Assembly: GCA_030770535.1 (NCBI GenBank)
Contig: JASVEC010000002.1
Location: forward strand, 372,001-436,000
Direction: 5' to 3'
DNA: 64,000 nt
From: Batkoa obscura
Lineage: Eukaryota
Below are positions 1 to 13,169 of this stretch, one piece after another (position 1 is the stretch's first letter; every line of letters starts with the position of its first letter). The notes under the pieces were generated by a model. That model made no database searches, was not told the DNA's origin, and saw only the letters and a list, made by a program, of their open reading frames with translations. The translations under genes and the position numbers were made by a program.

Positions 1-393
1 TAGGTTGTAATGTTGATATTTTATTATTATTACTTGTTTTTGAATAATCATATTGATTTCTATTTATATTAAACCCAAAACTCTTACATTCATCAAAAGA
101 ATATACTGAAGCTATAGTTGATAATAACGCTACTTGCTGATTTTTATTTCCTGTTTCCTTAAAGCACTAATTTTATACATTACTTGATTAAGTTTATTAT
201 TATCGATAGTAAACTTTGATAATATATCTTTTCTTTGTTTTGTTTTATTATAAAATTCCATGAACCTTGGGTTGTTATAAGTAGCTCTTAAAATTGATGT
301 AAATGAATTACAATGTTTATATTGTGTACTCCTCCCTATTGTATTGAAGTTTTCAAAAATTCCATTTCGAAGTTTAGTTATGAAAGTTTGCAT
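1..393 (-). CDS. 5' part of an unidentified ORF running off the left edge (frameshift or tiny intron near 150-183); possibly TE-derived or a pseudogene
   Basis: The 87-aa ORF from ATG 393 stops at 130. An overlapping second frame (ETGNKNQQVALLSTIASVYSFDECKSFGFNINRNQYDYSK...) stays open to base 1. Confidence 0.3.
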
Positions 394-1520
394 TTTATTT
401 TTATTTCAACAAAAAATAAAGTCAAATAACTGTATTTATATAATTATGTAATCATATAGTTATATATTATATATCTGTTAAATATCTAACAGAACTAACA
501 TAAAATATATAGTTAGGAAAATTAGCTATTCAAGAAAAGGAAACAATTAAAATAAGTTTTAAATAGAGACATTTAATTTTAGGCTTTTTAGATTTAACCG
601 TTATATTGGACACAAACTTAAAATTTTAAATTTGGATTAATTTCTAAGTAAATTCTGAAACCAATTAGGACAGCCCCATATTATGTACTATCTATTCCAC
701 GGTATTATCATATATCTTTGCTCCTTCTCCCAAGTCTAATTGAAATAGTTTCCCATATCTTGCTTTATTATATCAATGTTTGTATATATGAACCAAAATT
801 CACATAAATAATATAGATCATCCTTTGTTATCATACATTCGCCATGTTCTACCCTTGGTATTACCGCATTAATTTTATAAAATAAAATACTTAAAAATAA
901 TAGAAACAGTATAGTTGTTAAAGATAGTTAGGTAACACTTTTTTTAATTTTTATGTAATCTTTACTCTTTAGTTTGAATTTTATTAAAACTTCCTCATGT
1001 TTTTACAGTATATTATAATTTCCTAAAGCATTGATTTGATTTATTTAATTTGTTAAAACATCATGCACCATTTATAGCTTGATTTTCTATACCCTTATCT
1101 CCTTCATATCCGACATTTTTTTCTTACATTTCAATATTATCAATTTTGTGCAAGAGTTAAAGATTTGATATGTAAAACTGTTATTTTCTATGATATTTTA
1201 TCATAGAAAATTCGAATAAGAATCCTTATTTTATAAAAATAAAAGTGTTACATTAAAATACTAGACAACAACTATCCTTTTCATAGGCTATATATAGGTT
1301 AGTATATTTTAGCATTCAATTTCAGACGCTAATTTATAAATAGTCAAACACTTGGTCTAAATAATCATTACACTATGATTAAAAATTCAACTATTTTAAA
1401 GGAGAAACTGTACCATATAAAAATTACAAAATTTGATTCAGTTCTCAGGATAATAAGACCAAAGTTGCATTTAAACGAATAATAAAAAATAAATAAATAA
1501 CATAAGTTTACTCTACAATC

Positions 1521-2463
1521 CTATTTATTCAAATTGAGTGTTACCACCTTAGTAACAATTTTATAAACTCTTCCGCTTTCAGACGACTTTTCCCCACAAG
1601 CATAAGCATACAATTCACTTTAACTATTAGTATATATGTATTGAATTATAATATGATTACCTAGCAATATGAGAAAGGGGAGTCCAGCTTGAAAAATCAG
1701 AAGATGGCATATCTTTACGATTATTAGGTGTATCAAGCATAACTCTGAGATTTATATTTAAAATAAGTAAACATAAATATAAATATATTCTTACGGTGCA
1801 ATAGCAATAACCTTAGCTCCTTTTGGTAAACCGGAATTGTCTTGTGCTAAAGAGGCAGTTAATTGATGGACTGCTGCTTTGGCCATACCATAACCAATGG
1901 CAAATGAGCTACCACCTAATGCTCCAGCAGCACCAGTTAATACCAAAAGACCGTTTCTATCAATTAAATAATCAAAATTAATAAAAATAAAAATAAAAAT
2001 AAGAAAGTATACTCTTTAAGATATTTTGATGAAATATGGGAAGCGATCAAAGAAGAGTTGACACTTTGTTTCCACATTAATTCTGAAGTTTCAAAGAGCT
2101 CTAATATAATTAGAAAAAAACAAATTAAATTATCAATAAAAATTCACCAGTAGAAGAAGCATTTCCCATAGCAAAACCACCAGCTACATTAATAATAGCA
2201 TCAAACTTTCCAATCGATGAATTTTCAAGTTGTTTTAAAATTTCTTCACTTTGTTCTTTACATTTCTTATTCAAATCTAAAATAATTGATGTTTCAGCTT
2301 CAGAATTGGTACGAGTATCGATGGAGAGTACTTTCTTTAAAACTAATTAGCATATATGATTTTATTTTATTTTATTTTCTATTACCCATGATTTTTGTTT
2401 GAAGTAGTTAACTAAAGTTGATCCTAAAGCTCCACTTCCTCCATAAATTAATACACTTGACAT
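1521..2463 (-). CDS. QDPR: Dihydropteridine reductase (SDR family), 6 exons
   Basis: Manual splicing gives [15 protein letters not shown] (Rossmann motif), [45 protein letters not shown] (YxxxK) and [20 protein letters not shown]. Five GT-AG introns. Not in the ORF track. Confidence 0.92.
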
Positions 2464-2992
2464 TTTTGTTATTTGTTAATAAAGATAAATCTATTTTTTT
2501 ATTTTTAAATTCTTCAAGTAGATATTCTATTGAAATGAAATTCCATAACATTGGAAGTTGATAGGTTCAAATGAAAGCTGATGTCACTTATCCAAGGTAC
2601 TAACAAAATTAAAATAATCATTACAAGGACTTTTCTATTATTTTGAAAAAGGTTTATTTTTTATACAGCTAATAATTTTTTTGTATTTATTTCCTATATG
2701 ATCGATATATAATTTGTTAATTTATATTAAAAATAGGATTTAAATAGAAATTATTAAAGTCAAAAATTTATTATTTAAGTATTTTTTTAAAATTTTTCCT
2801 TATTATTATTAAGTTATTTAATATCATTTTAAAAATATAATTTGAATTTGTATACTCAGATACTTAGACTTATATTCAATGTTCTATATGTCTATTTAAA
2901 AGCTTAATTCAAATTCAAATTAAATTTACTATTTTGCTTATTTTGTCCATATTCTATGTAGCATAAAGTTTTGAAAATAATTAAATAAAATA

Positions 2993-3093
2993 TGAGGATG
3001 TTTTTTTTGATTTTATTACTTTTCCATTTTTCAAGCACTATTTGAGTGAAAAGAGTATTAGTGAAATTCTTAAACAAAAAAACAGATCCCCCA
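2993..3093 (-). mobile_element. MITE family A copy
   Basis: TGAGGATG...ATCCCCCA ends, shared internal sequence, TA flanks. Confidence 0.8.
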
Positions 3094-3173
3094 TATTAAA
3101 AAATTATTCTAATTTTGTTTTATTTTATTTTATTTCAATATTAAAAAAAAGATATTGTATTCAATTAACATAA

Positions 3174-4664
3174 TTATTTAGGTACATAAAAAAGGACCGT
3201 TAATAAAAATAAAGCATTAGTAATAACAAAGCCTAAAAATGCTAACCAACCTGCATATGAAAGTAGTAATGGGAAAATCAATGTTACTAAAAAACTTATA
3301 CTATATATAAAAAATAAATAATTAATATCTTATTAATATAATAATAATAATAATAATAATAATAACTTACATCCAATTCAAACATAATGCAATACCCGAG
3401 ATAAAATCTAAATAAACCTTAGGCACTAATTCGGGTAACATAATATAAGATAAAGATAATAATCCAAAATTATAAAAAACAATAAAAATTAATACTAAAA
3501 ATAAAGTTATTATTAATATTGTTAATAAATTAAAAATATAAAAAAGCACTTACTAGCCACAATCTGGACGATTCCATTTTTAAAATAAGCAGCAATTAAT
3601 ACAATTAACCAAGCTAATGTTTGAATAATGGCACCTAACAATAGTAAAGTTTTACGATGAAATTTATCAACTATAAAAGTGGTCACTAAAGAAGCTAATA
3701 ATGTAATTGCAGCTACTCCAATGATAGCCGAATAAGCATCAGTTGGACTTAAGTTTTGTTGCAATATTGATAAAGAATAAAACAATAATGCAGAAATACC
3801 ACAGATTTCTTGAAAACAAATTAAACTAATGGCTAACAAACAATTATGAAATATTGTTTTATCTTTAAATATATTCTTATAACTTATAGTTGGATTTTTT
3901 TCTTCATTTAATTCGAGTAATATGTTCTTCATTTCATTTTCAATATTATATCCTTTTCTTAATAATTTTAAATTTGTTTCAGCTAAACTTAATTCCTTCT
4001 TTAATACTAATGTTTTTGGCGACTCAATAATTTGAACTGTTAGTATCAATTGAACAAATCCAATAACTGCAATAAACGCTAAATAAATACGCCAATTAAT
4101 GCCTTTTTCGACCATAATACCTAAGATCATGGAAATAAAATAACCTAAAGAAATAGCTACACAAGTCAATGAGGAAATAGCACCATGGAGTTGGATAGTA
4201 GCAATATCCCCTAAATAAGTAGGTAATATAACCGTAGAAAAGCCAATAGCAATTCCAATCAAGATTCGTCCAATCAACAATTGAAGAAATCCATAGGCTG
4301 AGGCTAATAAGATACCGCCAATAATATAAATAAGTGGAGGTATAAAGAAGGATTTTTTATAACCTAAGCGATGAATTGAATACCCACTTAATAAAGATCC
4401 TATTAAAGCACCAATAGCTATGATTCCTATTATTAAACTCCATTCAAATTCATTTAATTCAATACACGTAACGGAAGATTGTGTATTACAATCACTTATA
4501 TAAGTAGCCATTAAGTTAGAGACAGCTAAATTATAACCCATATTAAAACAGGTTAAACTAGCTATTAAAGAGATTATCGTTAATTGCTTCGTTAATTTAC
4601 ATGTTAATGAATCAGGTTCTTGTGGGTCTATATGGATTATGGAATCAGTTTTTGTATGATACAT
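3174..4664 (-). CDS. MFS sugar porter (GLUT/Hxt-like), 3 exons
   Basis: Multiple hydrophobic helices with GRILIGIAIG, PTYLGDIA, ESPK, FQEICGI and VDKFHRK motifs. Downstream exons encode ELVP...LNW and end FYVPK* at 3174. Confidence 0.88.
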
Positions 4665-5851
4665 AATAGTTTATAATATTGAAGATACTTTAATATTTCA
4701 ATAGACTTTGTTATTAAATATAAAAAAGGAGTTGAATTTTATTCAATTAAAATATTTCAATGTTTCAAATAAAGTTGATAGTATTTATATCGAATTGAAT
4801 GAATTGTTGTAATATTATTAATAATAAGTTAATAAATTAATAAAGATAAAATTATTAATAAACTTTAAATAAAATTAATTAAGAGGAGGAGATGAAATTT
4901 ATTTTTCATTTTTTATTTTTTTATAACTTTTCTTTTATTTAGTAACTAAAACGATCATTTGGCATAAAGTGAACTAGAAAATTTGACCAATCTAGAAAGC
5001 AGCATGAATTTCTAAATTTGAAATCAACTTTGCTTTTATTTGATTTTTATTTCCCACTCTAATGTTCTGAATATTTAAGATTTATTTAATGTATTATCAT
5101 TTGATATTAAAAAAACAAGTTATTAACCATAATATTTCAGCTGTCAAGTATAAATATTAAACATTAAATATTAAATTGACTATATTAATTTATTTTTTAA
5201 TTCTTTTATCTTTTTAAACTTAGTATAGTATTTTTACTTATTAATTTATCATAATATATTTCTATTACGATCACTGGTTTAGATCTTAAGATACAAAATA
5301 TTTGTTTTTATAACTATTGAATATTTATAAATAAATGCAATAGGATATAGCATCTCATTGAAGTCTTCTTGTTCATTAGAATATTATTTATTCTTTTATC
5401 TATATCTGTTATTTTTTTACTTAATATATAAAATATCACTAATCAAACCTATTTTTATCTATCCCTTGTTATTGAATATACTTAATATCTCAGATTTATA
5501 TTGACATGTCTCATTTTGAAAACATAAATATTCATAATCAAATATTGTAAGTTTCAATGTTAGGATAACAAATGACTGTTTTTATTAAATTCAATAATAT
5601 ATCATTTAATACTATTTTAATTTTATTTTAATTTTATTTTAATTTTATTTTAATAAAAATTGAATTAAGAACTATCCCAATTGAAATTATGATAATAAGT
5701 TAAATTAAATTAAATTAAATTAAAATATTGTTTATATACAATCATTATAATTATTTAGTTATAAAAACATTTTATTATTATTAATATAATAAAAACTGAT
5801 TATTGATCTATTCTCTATTTTATTTACAATGATGATATTAATTAATAATAA

Positions 5852-5949
5852 TGGGGATGTATTTTTTTGCTTAGGAATTTTGCTAACAATTATTCCACTC
5901 AAATAGCACTTGAAAAATGGAAAGAGTAATGAAATCAAAAAATACCCCT
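5852..5949 (+). mobile_element. MITE family A copy
   Basis: TGGGGATGTATTTT...AAAAATACCCCT with conserved core GAATTTTGCTAACAA...CCACTCAAATAGC. Confidence 0.8.
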
Positions 5950-6285
5950 TGATGGTGGCTATTTATCAAGTAACTTAATTAATTAATAAATTCTTAAAAG
6001 TTACTACCAAGGTCTCTTATATTAAATTTATATAATCATTCTATAATTGAAATATTATACTATTACTTAGTAACTTAATTGATAAGTCCTTTAAAATTAC
6101 TGATAAAGCCTTTAAATTAATATACTAAATTTTATTATTACTATTTATATTCTAAAGTTCATTGTATAAGTGGAATACAATTAATAATTTAATAATTAAT
6201 ATTTTATTATGAAATAAAACAACAACTAAAATGAATACACCTATCTTGTAAACTCTATCACTACTCATGATCTTTCCTTCTTCCT

Positions 6286-7383
6286 TTACACACAAGCCTT
6301 TTCGGCTCTCAAAGATAATTGATGATGTCTAATTCTATCTTTTGAAAACAAACCAAAATGTTTTTCTACTCCATTAAACAATTTAAATTCTTTCCATCCT
6401 GAATCATAAGCTTCAAAGAGATAATAATGAATTTTATAATAATCACATAAACAAATCAATTTTTTAAAGAAACTTTCTTGTTCTTTAAAACCTGGAATAC
6501 CTGTATTATCTACCTGTTGTCCCCCATTAGGCCATCCAGTTTCTCCTATAATAATCGGTTTGTTATGTATCGAATATATAGATTGAAATCGTAAATATTG
6601 ATCTAATACTCGTAAAGCAGCTTCTTTACTTGGATTTAATTTCTGATCGAAATATGGATGAATATTTAATAAAATAGCATCTGATTCCTCCGCTAATTCA
6701 TGATCCCATAAAATAGGTATTTCTGTTGTATATACTGGTATATTTAAATCAAATTCTTTAACTATTGATTTAACTTTTCTTAACATATCAATTAATTCCA
6801 TTTTACTTAATGATTTAGTAAATAATTCTTCATTACCAACACAAATACCAATAATATTATCCTCCCTTCCTCTTGCTTTACTTCTTAAATATTCTACTTC
6901 ATCTAATACTTTCTTTAATTCTTTACTCTCAATCTCAAATCTTCCTTCCCCTCTTACCCACATACCAATCATTAATTTCATGTTAGGTGCTAATCTATTA
7001 ATACTTGATAATACCATTGATGTTTGATTACAGTCCATACCGTATAAATGTAATCTTGAGGTAATCGGACTTATTAATTTAATATCTTGATCAATTTCTC
7101 TTTGAGTTGGACATCTTCCTTCTCGATATGGAGAATAAATCATACCATGAATATTGAGGTTGGAGGAATCAGTTAAAGTATCAATATTATTTGCAAATTG
7201 ATTATTAATACTAGTTAATTGAGTTTGTTCTCGATTTGAAATAGGTTGATTTAAGTCTTGATTAGTACTTGATGATGCTATTGATAATTGAGATTTATCA
7301 AGTTGAATTTTTAAACATTGATTTAAGTTTATAAAAAGCAATGCTGATGATAATAAAGATAATAAAGATAATAAAGATTTCAT
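6286..7383 (-). CDS. Secreted GH17 beta-1,3-glucanase/glucanosyltransferase (Bgl2/Scw-like), intronless
   Basis: Signal peptide, YSPY, LYGMDCNQ, VGNE, NIHPYF, IGETGWP, FEAYD..WK and VEKHFGLF. Confidence 0.9.
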   Translation of the reverse strand: MKSLLSLLSLLSSALLFINLNQCLKIQLDKSQLSIASSSTNQDLNQPISNREQTQLTSINNQFANNIDTLTDSSNLNIHGMIYSPYREGRCPTQREIDQDIKLISPITSRLHLYGMDCNQTSMVLSSINRLAPNMKLMIGMWVRGEGRFEIESKELKKVLDEVEYLRSKARGREDNIIGICVGNEELFTKSLSKMELIDMLRKVKSIVKEFDLNIPVYTTEIPILWDHELAEESDAILLNIHPYFDQKLNPSKEAALRVLDQYLRFQSIYSIHNKPIIIGETGWPNGGQQVDNTGIPGFKEQESFFKKLICLCDYYKIHYYLFEAYDSGWKEFKLFNGVEKHFGLFSKDRIRHHQLSLRAEKACV

Positions 7384-8296
7384 GAGATTATTATGCTATT
7401 AATTAATGTTGTATAGTAATAAAAATAACAAAGTATATTCATTAATATTTATTGATATTTATTTATTTTTATTTGCATTTGTATTTTTGTATTAAAATTC
7501 TTTTTTTTTTCATATTAAAGTTTCATAATTAAATTTCCAAGTTTCAAATTACTTCTCATTCAATTAGTTGATTTAATAAATCCTTTCCAATTTAAGAAAT
7601 TGATTGGAATTTTAATAACGATTTTATTTTATGTTGGCGTTTTATTAAATTAGATTTAAAAGCTTTTAAATTGATAGCTATTTGATATTTTTGAAGCTAA
7701 CTTATTTTTATAATAAAATTATAGCTATTTATATTTTTTTTCCTTGAAAGTAATCTAATTCATTAACCCTTTGAGTACCAAACATTTCAAAAAATATTTC
7801 ATTCAATTAAATTGGGATTTTGTTCAATCAGGATTAATAATTTGATGAATAATGTTTATTCTAGCTTAATTTCGATTTAATATCATATGTAAAAGCAATG
7901 TTTGTCCTAACTTAATTTTGCTCTACAAAAATTTGACAAGTATAATTCGTCTAGAGTACTCAAGTAGTTAAGTTATTATTTCAGATTAGCTTAGTCTTTC
8001 TCTCTTTAAAAATTGAAAGTTAATTTCCTTTAGAAGCAACTTTTTTATAGTAATACTTATGTCACTGAAAAGTTTTTAGAATTCTCTTAATTGTTGTTAA
8101 AAGAGAACAATTTTGAAATTATTTTGTACCTTTCTAATAAATAAATTATTAACAAAATATTATTATAGAATAGAAAGATAATTTCAATTTCATGTTTAAT
8201 TGGATCCATTTTTAACTTTATTATATTGAGATCAATGAGTTGATCTTTTATTAATATACAAATTATTAGAATAAAAATGATTCAAACCTAATTCAA

Positions 8297-8324
8297 AGAA
8301 AGTTCTAGAAATTGATTCTAGAAG
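8297..8324. promoter_or_regulatory. Heat-shock element upstream of SGT1
   Basis: Perfect aGAAagTTCtaGAAa at 8297-8311 plus TTCtaGAA at 8316-8323, about 70-95 bp before the ATG of an Hsp90 co-chaperone gene. Confidence 0.65.
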
Positions 8325-8391
8325 TTAAATCGAAACCTAAAAAATATTGATTTTTTATTTTTCAATACAACAAAAGTAACAAATTAAATAA

Positions 8392-9914
8392 ATGATATTT
8401 AACCTTGATCAACATACCAACACTACCCCAGATCCACGTCTTGTTCAAGCGGAAGATTATTTTAAATCCTCGGATTATGAGAATGCATTAAATCTATATA
8501 ATGATATTTTGAGAAATAAAGGACTTATTGAAGAAATTGATTTATTATATAAAAAAGGGTTATGTTTATATCATTTAAAACGCCGAGAGGAAGCATTAGT
8601 AGATATAACAAAAGTAATATTAACATTGGAAAAGAAAAAACCCATAGATAAAAAACTGTTAGCGGAAGTATATTATAGGAAAGGGTAAGTTTAATAAATT
8701 GAAATTTAGTTTAAAATATGAAATTATTTAAAATAATTACTTTACTTTTAGATTATTATTATTTGAGTTAACTCGTTATCCACAAGCACTTAAAGCCTAT
8801 AAAAAAGCGGAACAATTGGGCTATAAAAACGATATTAAAGAATTAATTCAACAAGTGGAACCCATGGTACCTAAAGGTAAAATAAGACAAAAAAAGAAAC
8901 ACATACATAGTTTTTTTTAAAAATGTTTTATAATTAATAAACTCTATTATTTATTAGATGAATCTAATAAAGATAGTATCGAAACTATCAAACCAAAAGA
9001 TATTAAAACTCAGCCAAAACCTGCTCCAGTAGAACAGAAGAGGGAAGTAATTCAACCTAAACCAGTTGGGTTTTCTATTCCAGATAAAATTCGGTAACAA
9101 ATTTTTGATTTTTAATTATTTTAATGGAAGTTTAATTTTGTACAAGTCATGAATGGTATCAAACGGATTCCTCTGTAATTGTTAGTATATTTATAAAGAA
9201 AGCCGATGCTAAAAAAACAAACGTTGAGTTTAAAGAAAAAGAAGTAAGTCTTATTTGAAATACTAACAATAAATATTAAAAATTAATATTTTTATTGATT
9301 AGTTTACTTTAATAATTCAACAAGATAATAGCTCTGACTTTCAATTTACAATTGATCCCTTATTAAATGAAATTGATCCCAAAGAATGTAAATTTGAAGT
9401 GTTATCTACTAAAATTGAAATTACATTAAAAAAAGTCAATTTTGGATTAAAATGGAGTGCACTAGAAGCAAGTGAAGAAACTTTGGTTAAAAAAGCGACT
9501 ACAGGTAAAAAAGAAAAGAAAAGATGTTATTGATTATATTCAAAAGGAATAGAAATTAAATTATCTTAATAGATGCGCCAAGATATCCATCAAGTAGTAA
9601 AAATGCTAAAAATTGGGATCAATTAGCAACTAAAATAGAAAAAGAACTTGCAGAAGAAGAAAAAGATCATGAAAATGTAAATGCAGCATTTCAACAAATT
9701 TATGCTAACGCGGATGATGATACAAGAAAGGCGATGATGAAATCGTATATTGAATCAAATGGTACTTCGTTGTCTACTAATTGGGAAGAAGTATCTAAAA
9801 AGAAAATGGAAATTAATCCCCCAGATGGACTTGTGGCTAAAAAGGTAAATGATTTGATTTTAAAATTAATCTTTATCAATATTGATTTTTTGTTTTTGTT
9901 TTTAGTGGGAATGA
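8392..9914 (+). CDS. SGT1: SGT1 Hsp90 co-chaperone (TPR-CS-SGS), multi-exon
   Basis: N-terminal TPR, CS domain (RHEWYQT, VLSTKIEITLKK), SGS domain (YPSSSK..KNWD, FQQIYANADDDTRKAMMKSYIESNGTSLSTNW). Last exon WE* ends at 9914. Confidence 0.93.
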
Positions 9915-10457
9915 ACATAATATTTTTTTAACGGATTATAAAATTGATCAAATAAAATAAGCTTGATAATATACTTCAATCAACATTTTAAGAATTAGTT
10001 TTAAATCAATTAAATTCCTGAAAATTTCAATAGTTTATAATTGTTATCATTGTTGTTTAAGTTGAAGTAACGTTATAATGTTATTGATTTAACAATTTAA
10101 GTTTATAAGAACTTGTAAGGTAATTAATAGATTATAAAGTGAATATAAATGAAATCAATTATTCATTTTCAATTTACTTGTCAACTATAAATCTAAAAAA
10201 TGGGAGATCTAGCCTCAATATAATGACTTAATAAAACTCAAAGATTTAAAAAATAATTAGTTTAAAAAGTTTTAAAAAGTATTTTAAGTTGATTGAACTG
10301 AATAACTAAGAACTAAGGATTTTAAAATTTTATTTAGAAATAAATTAATTATGCTAAAGGTAATAAAACTTTTATTTTTGTTATTAAATAAAGTTCAAAC
10401 AGATACTAAATTACTCACAAATTAATAAGTATAATAATAGTTTAGAGTGGAAATATA

Positions 10458-10556
10458 TGGGGATGTATTTTTTTAAGAATTTTACTAATAATTATTCTAC
10501 TCAAATAGCGCTTGAAAAATAGAAAATGTAATGAAATTTAAAAAAACACCGTCTCA
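10458..10556 (+). mobile_element. MITE family A copy
   Basis: Both TIRs and core present, TATA flanks. Confidence 0.8.
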
Positions 10557-10691
10557 TATAAAAAAACTGACAGAAGCTAAAAATATTTAAAACATGTGAT
10601 GTTAAAATAATATTTACAACATTTAGGATAGAACTAATCATTAAGTTATTTTATTATTATTATTATTACTATCGTTAAAAAACTTAATATA

Positions 10692-10791
10692 TGGGGATGT
10701 ATTTTCGTGTTTAAGAATTTTACTAACAATTTTTCCGCTTAAATAGTGCTTAAAAAATGGAAAAAATAATGAAGTTAAAAAAACACTCCTA
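10692..10791 (+). mobile_element. MITE family A copy
   Basis: Both TIRs and core present, TATA flanks. Confidence 0.82.
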
Positions 10792-10850
10792 TATATCTTT
10801 ATAAATAACATAACATTGAAATTAATTTTTCATAACTAAATAGTTTAATA

Positions 10851-10950
10851 TGATGATGTTTTTTTTGGTTTCATTACTTTTCTATTTTTTAAGTGCTATT
10901 TGAGGGGAAAGGTTGTTGCTTAGGTCCTTAAACAAAAAAATACATCCCCA
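10851..10950 (-). mobile_element. MITE family A copy
   Basis: Reverse orientation, ends TACATCCCCA. Confidence 0.78.
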
Positions 10951-12348
10951 ATATAAAATTATAAACTAAAAGTAATAATAATAATATAATTTGATTTTTA
11001 TATTTTTGGTTGTTTTGTAACTTTATATCAATACTCATTTCATACATAATATTATTCAAACTAACATACAAAATATATTCGGATTTTGCTTTTACTATCA
11101 TTTTATGTTCAAAATAGACAAAAATTATAAATGCAGACCCAATTACATTAACTTTTTTCTAATTCAAATTTATTACAAAAAGTAAATTAAGCCAAAATTT
11201 TAAAAGAGAGCCCCGTTTTTAGAAATTTATTAAATAGTCAACAAGAATTAAGTGAAATTTCAACTCAATTTAATTTGAATTTCTTTTGAACTATTGACAT
11301 TGGACAAAATACTGCTTTTTCTATATAAGATAATTTTCTAATAAAGTAGAGTTATATAAAATATATAAACAATATTATCATAATATATAATTTCAGTAAT
11401 AAAATTTTAAAAATAACTCAATTGCTTTTCAAAACGATTATAAATAACCTTAAAGTTCTAATACTTTATGGAACAAGTGTCACTCTTATTAAATGAAATG
11501 ATTTCATTAGGAAAAATGAAGTTAAAAGAATTCAGTTATATTACTTTGTACAATAATACTATAAAGCACAGTGATAAAGTTATTAGTTTTATTATAAATG
11601 TTAATGATATTAATACTGTTATTGTTATTCTATTATTCAACCTATTCTCTAATTATTAGAAGTATCTTTATTTAAATTGAATTAATATACTGATAATTTT
11701 AAAATTATATTTATATAAAAATTAAATTTGAGGAATATACTTTGATGTTTTTTTAAAATTAGAGTGAGCTAAAAATAGAAAAAGGGCTTTAAAAATAATT
11801 CATTTTTTTAAAATCGAAACTTACTTTATATAAAAAGAAATTATATATTAATTATATATTATTATATCGAGTTTAATACATGCTATTTAAGTTGATTAAA
11901 CTATTCGCAAATACGAGCATTTCATTAAGTAGATGAAGATAGTGGTGAAAGATAAAAGTTCAATAGAAAGCGGAAGCTTTCAAAAAACCAAGAAGAATGA
12001 TTTCATTTAGTATTAAGTCTAGAAAGTTGTAACTAAAATCCAACAAATGATATTCGATTTTTTTTAAGAAAGTGAAGTTTAAATTCCAAAAATAGACAAG
12101 ATATGCTTAAAAATTGGAAACTAAAATAAAAAGTTTCAAACCAATTTAAGGCATAAAGACTCAGGGCTTTTTTTAAAATTCCTAAATCAAAACACTTTGT
12201 TAAGCTACCGCACCATCAAAAAAATGTGATAATTTGAAACGGAAATTTGGCAAAAAAGTATATAAATAAAATGGCATATTCTTTTTTTAAATTATAATTT
12301 TATTAAATATAAAAAACAGTTCTACTCCTTTAAAATATATTATAAACA

Positions 12349-12678
12349 ATGATTAGTATCAGAGAAACTAACAATCAACTTTCCCGAGGTATCTTACCTT
12401 CTTCTTTGGATTATGGTTATATACCTAACGCAGATAAATTAGAAGAATGTTTAAGAAGACAACAACAAGCTAGTAATTATGATCAAGCAGATCTATTAAT
12501 TGAAGAAATTAAATCAGTTCAACCATATGAAAGTAGTCCAAGTAGTATCTACTATACTGATGATTATGATGAATTTGAATATGTGGAATCGTATACTTAT
12601 GAAAAGAAAGCAAAAACTGGCAATAAATTTAAGAAAAGTATATCCAAAATGAAGAGCTCTATTATGGGTTTCTTTTAA
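12349..12678 (+). CDS. Small hypothetical protein (109 aa), intronless
   Basis: ATG in A-rich context, TATATAAATA about 85 bp upstream, GC above background, protein-like composition (acidic Tyr-rich middle, basic tail). No family recognised. Confidence 0.65.
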   Translation: MISIRETNNQLSRGILPSSLDYGYIPNADKLEECLRRQQQASNYDQADLLIEEIKSVQPYESSPSSIYYTDDYDEFEYVESYTYEKKAKTGNKFKKSISKMKSSIMGFF

Positions 12679-13169
12679 TAATCTGTATATTATCAATATT
12701 TTGATTATCTACTGTATGTGTATCTATTTGTAGCTCTCTTTGATTTAATTCTCGAGCAAGTATTGTGAATTTTTTACCTCTCTCTCATTTCATTTATCTT
12801 TTTGTTTTTTAATTTATCATTCTCTTTATTCAATAAATAAAGTTTAACCAATATACTATTCTAAGTTTCTAGTTTTGCTTAACCTTTTTTATAATATTAG
12901 CTATATTAAATAGAAATAGAAATAGAAATCAACATTATGTAAATTTTATTATATAATCAAGTTTAAACATAACTTTAAAAGGACTTAGGGCTTAATATAG
13001 ACCTGCTTCATAAAGTAGGCTTAGTTTATTGACTTATCAAAGAAAATTATATCCTTAGTAAATATTTTATTTTGTAAAAGAATCCAAATAGAATTTCATT
13101 CAACTTTAAGATTCTAAATTATTGTTACTTTAATTGTATCAAAATTGAGATGCTTAATCTTAGCATAAC

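Noticed and set aside
1183..1211. 13-bp-arm hairpins here and at 36790-36825
   Set aside because: Short and AT-rich, plausible by chance or template switching in this base composition, with no associated feature.
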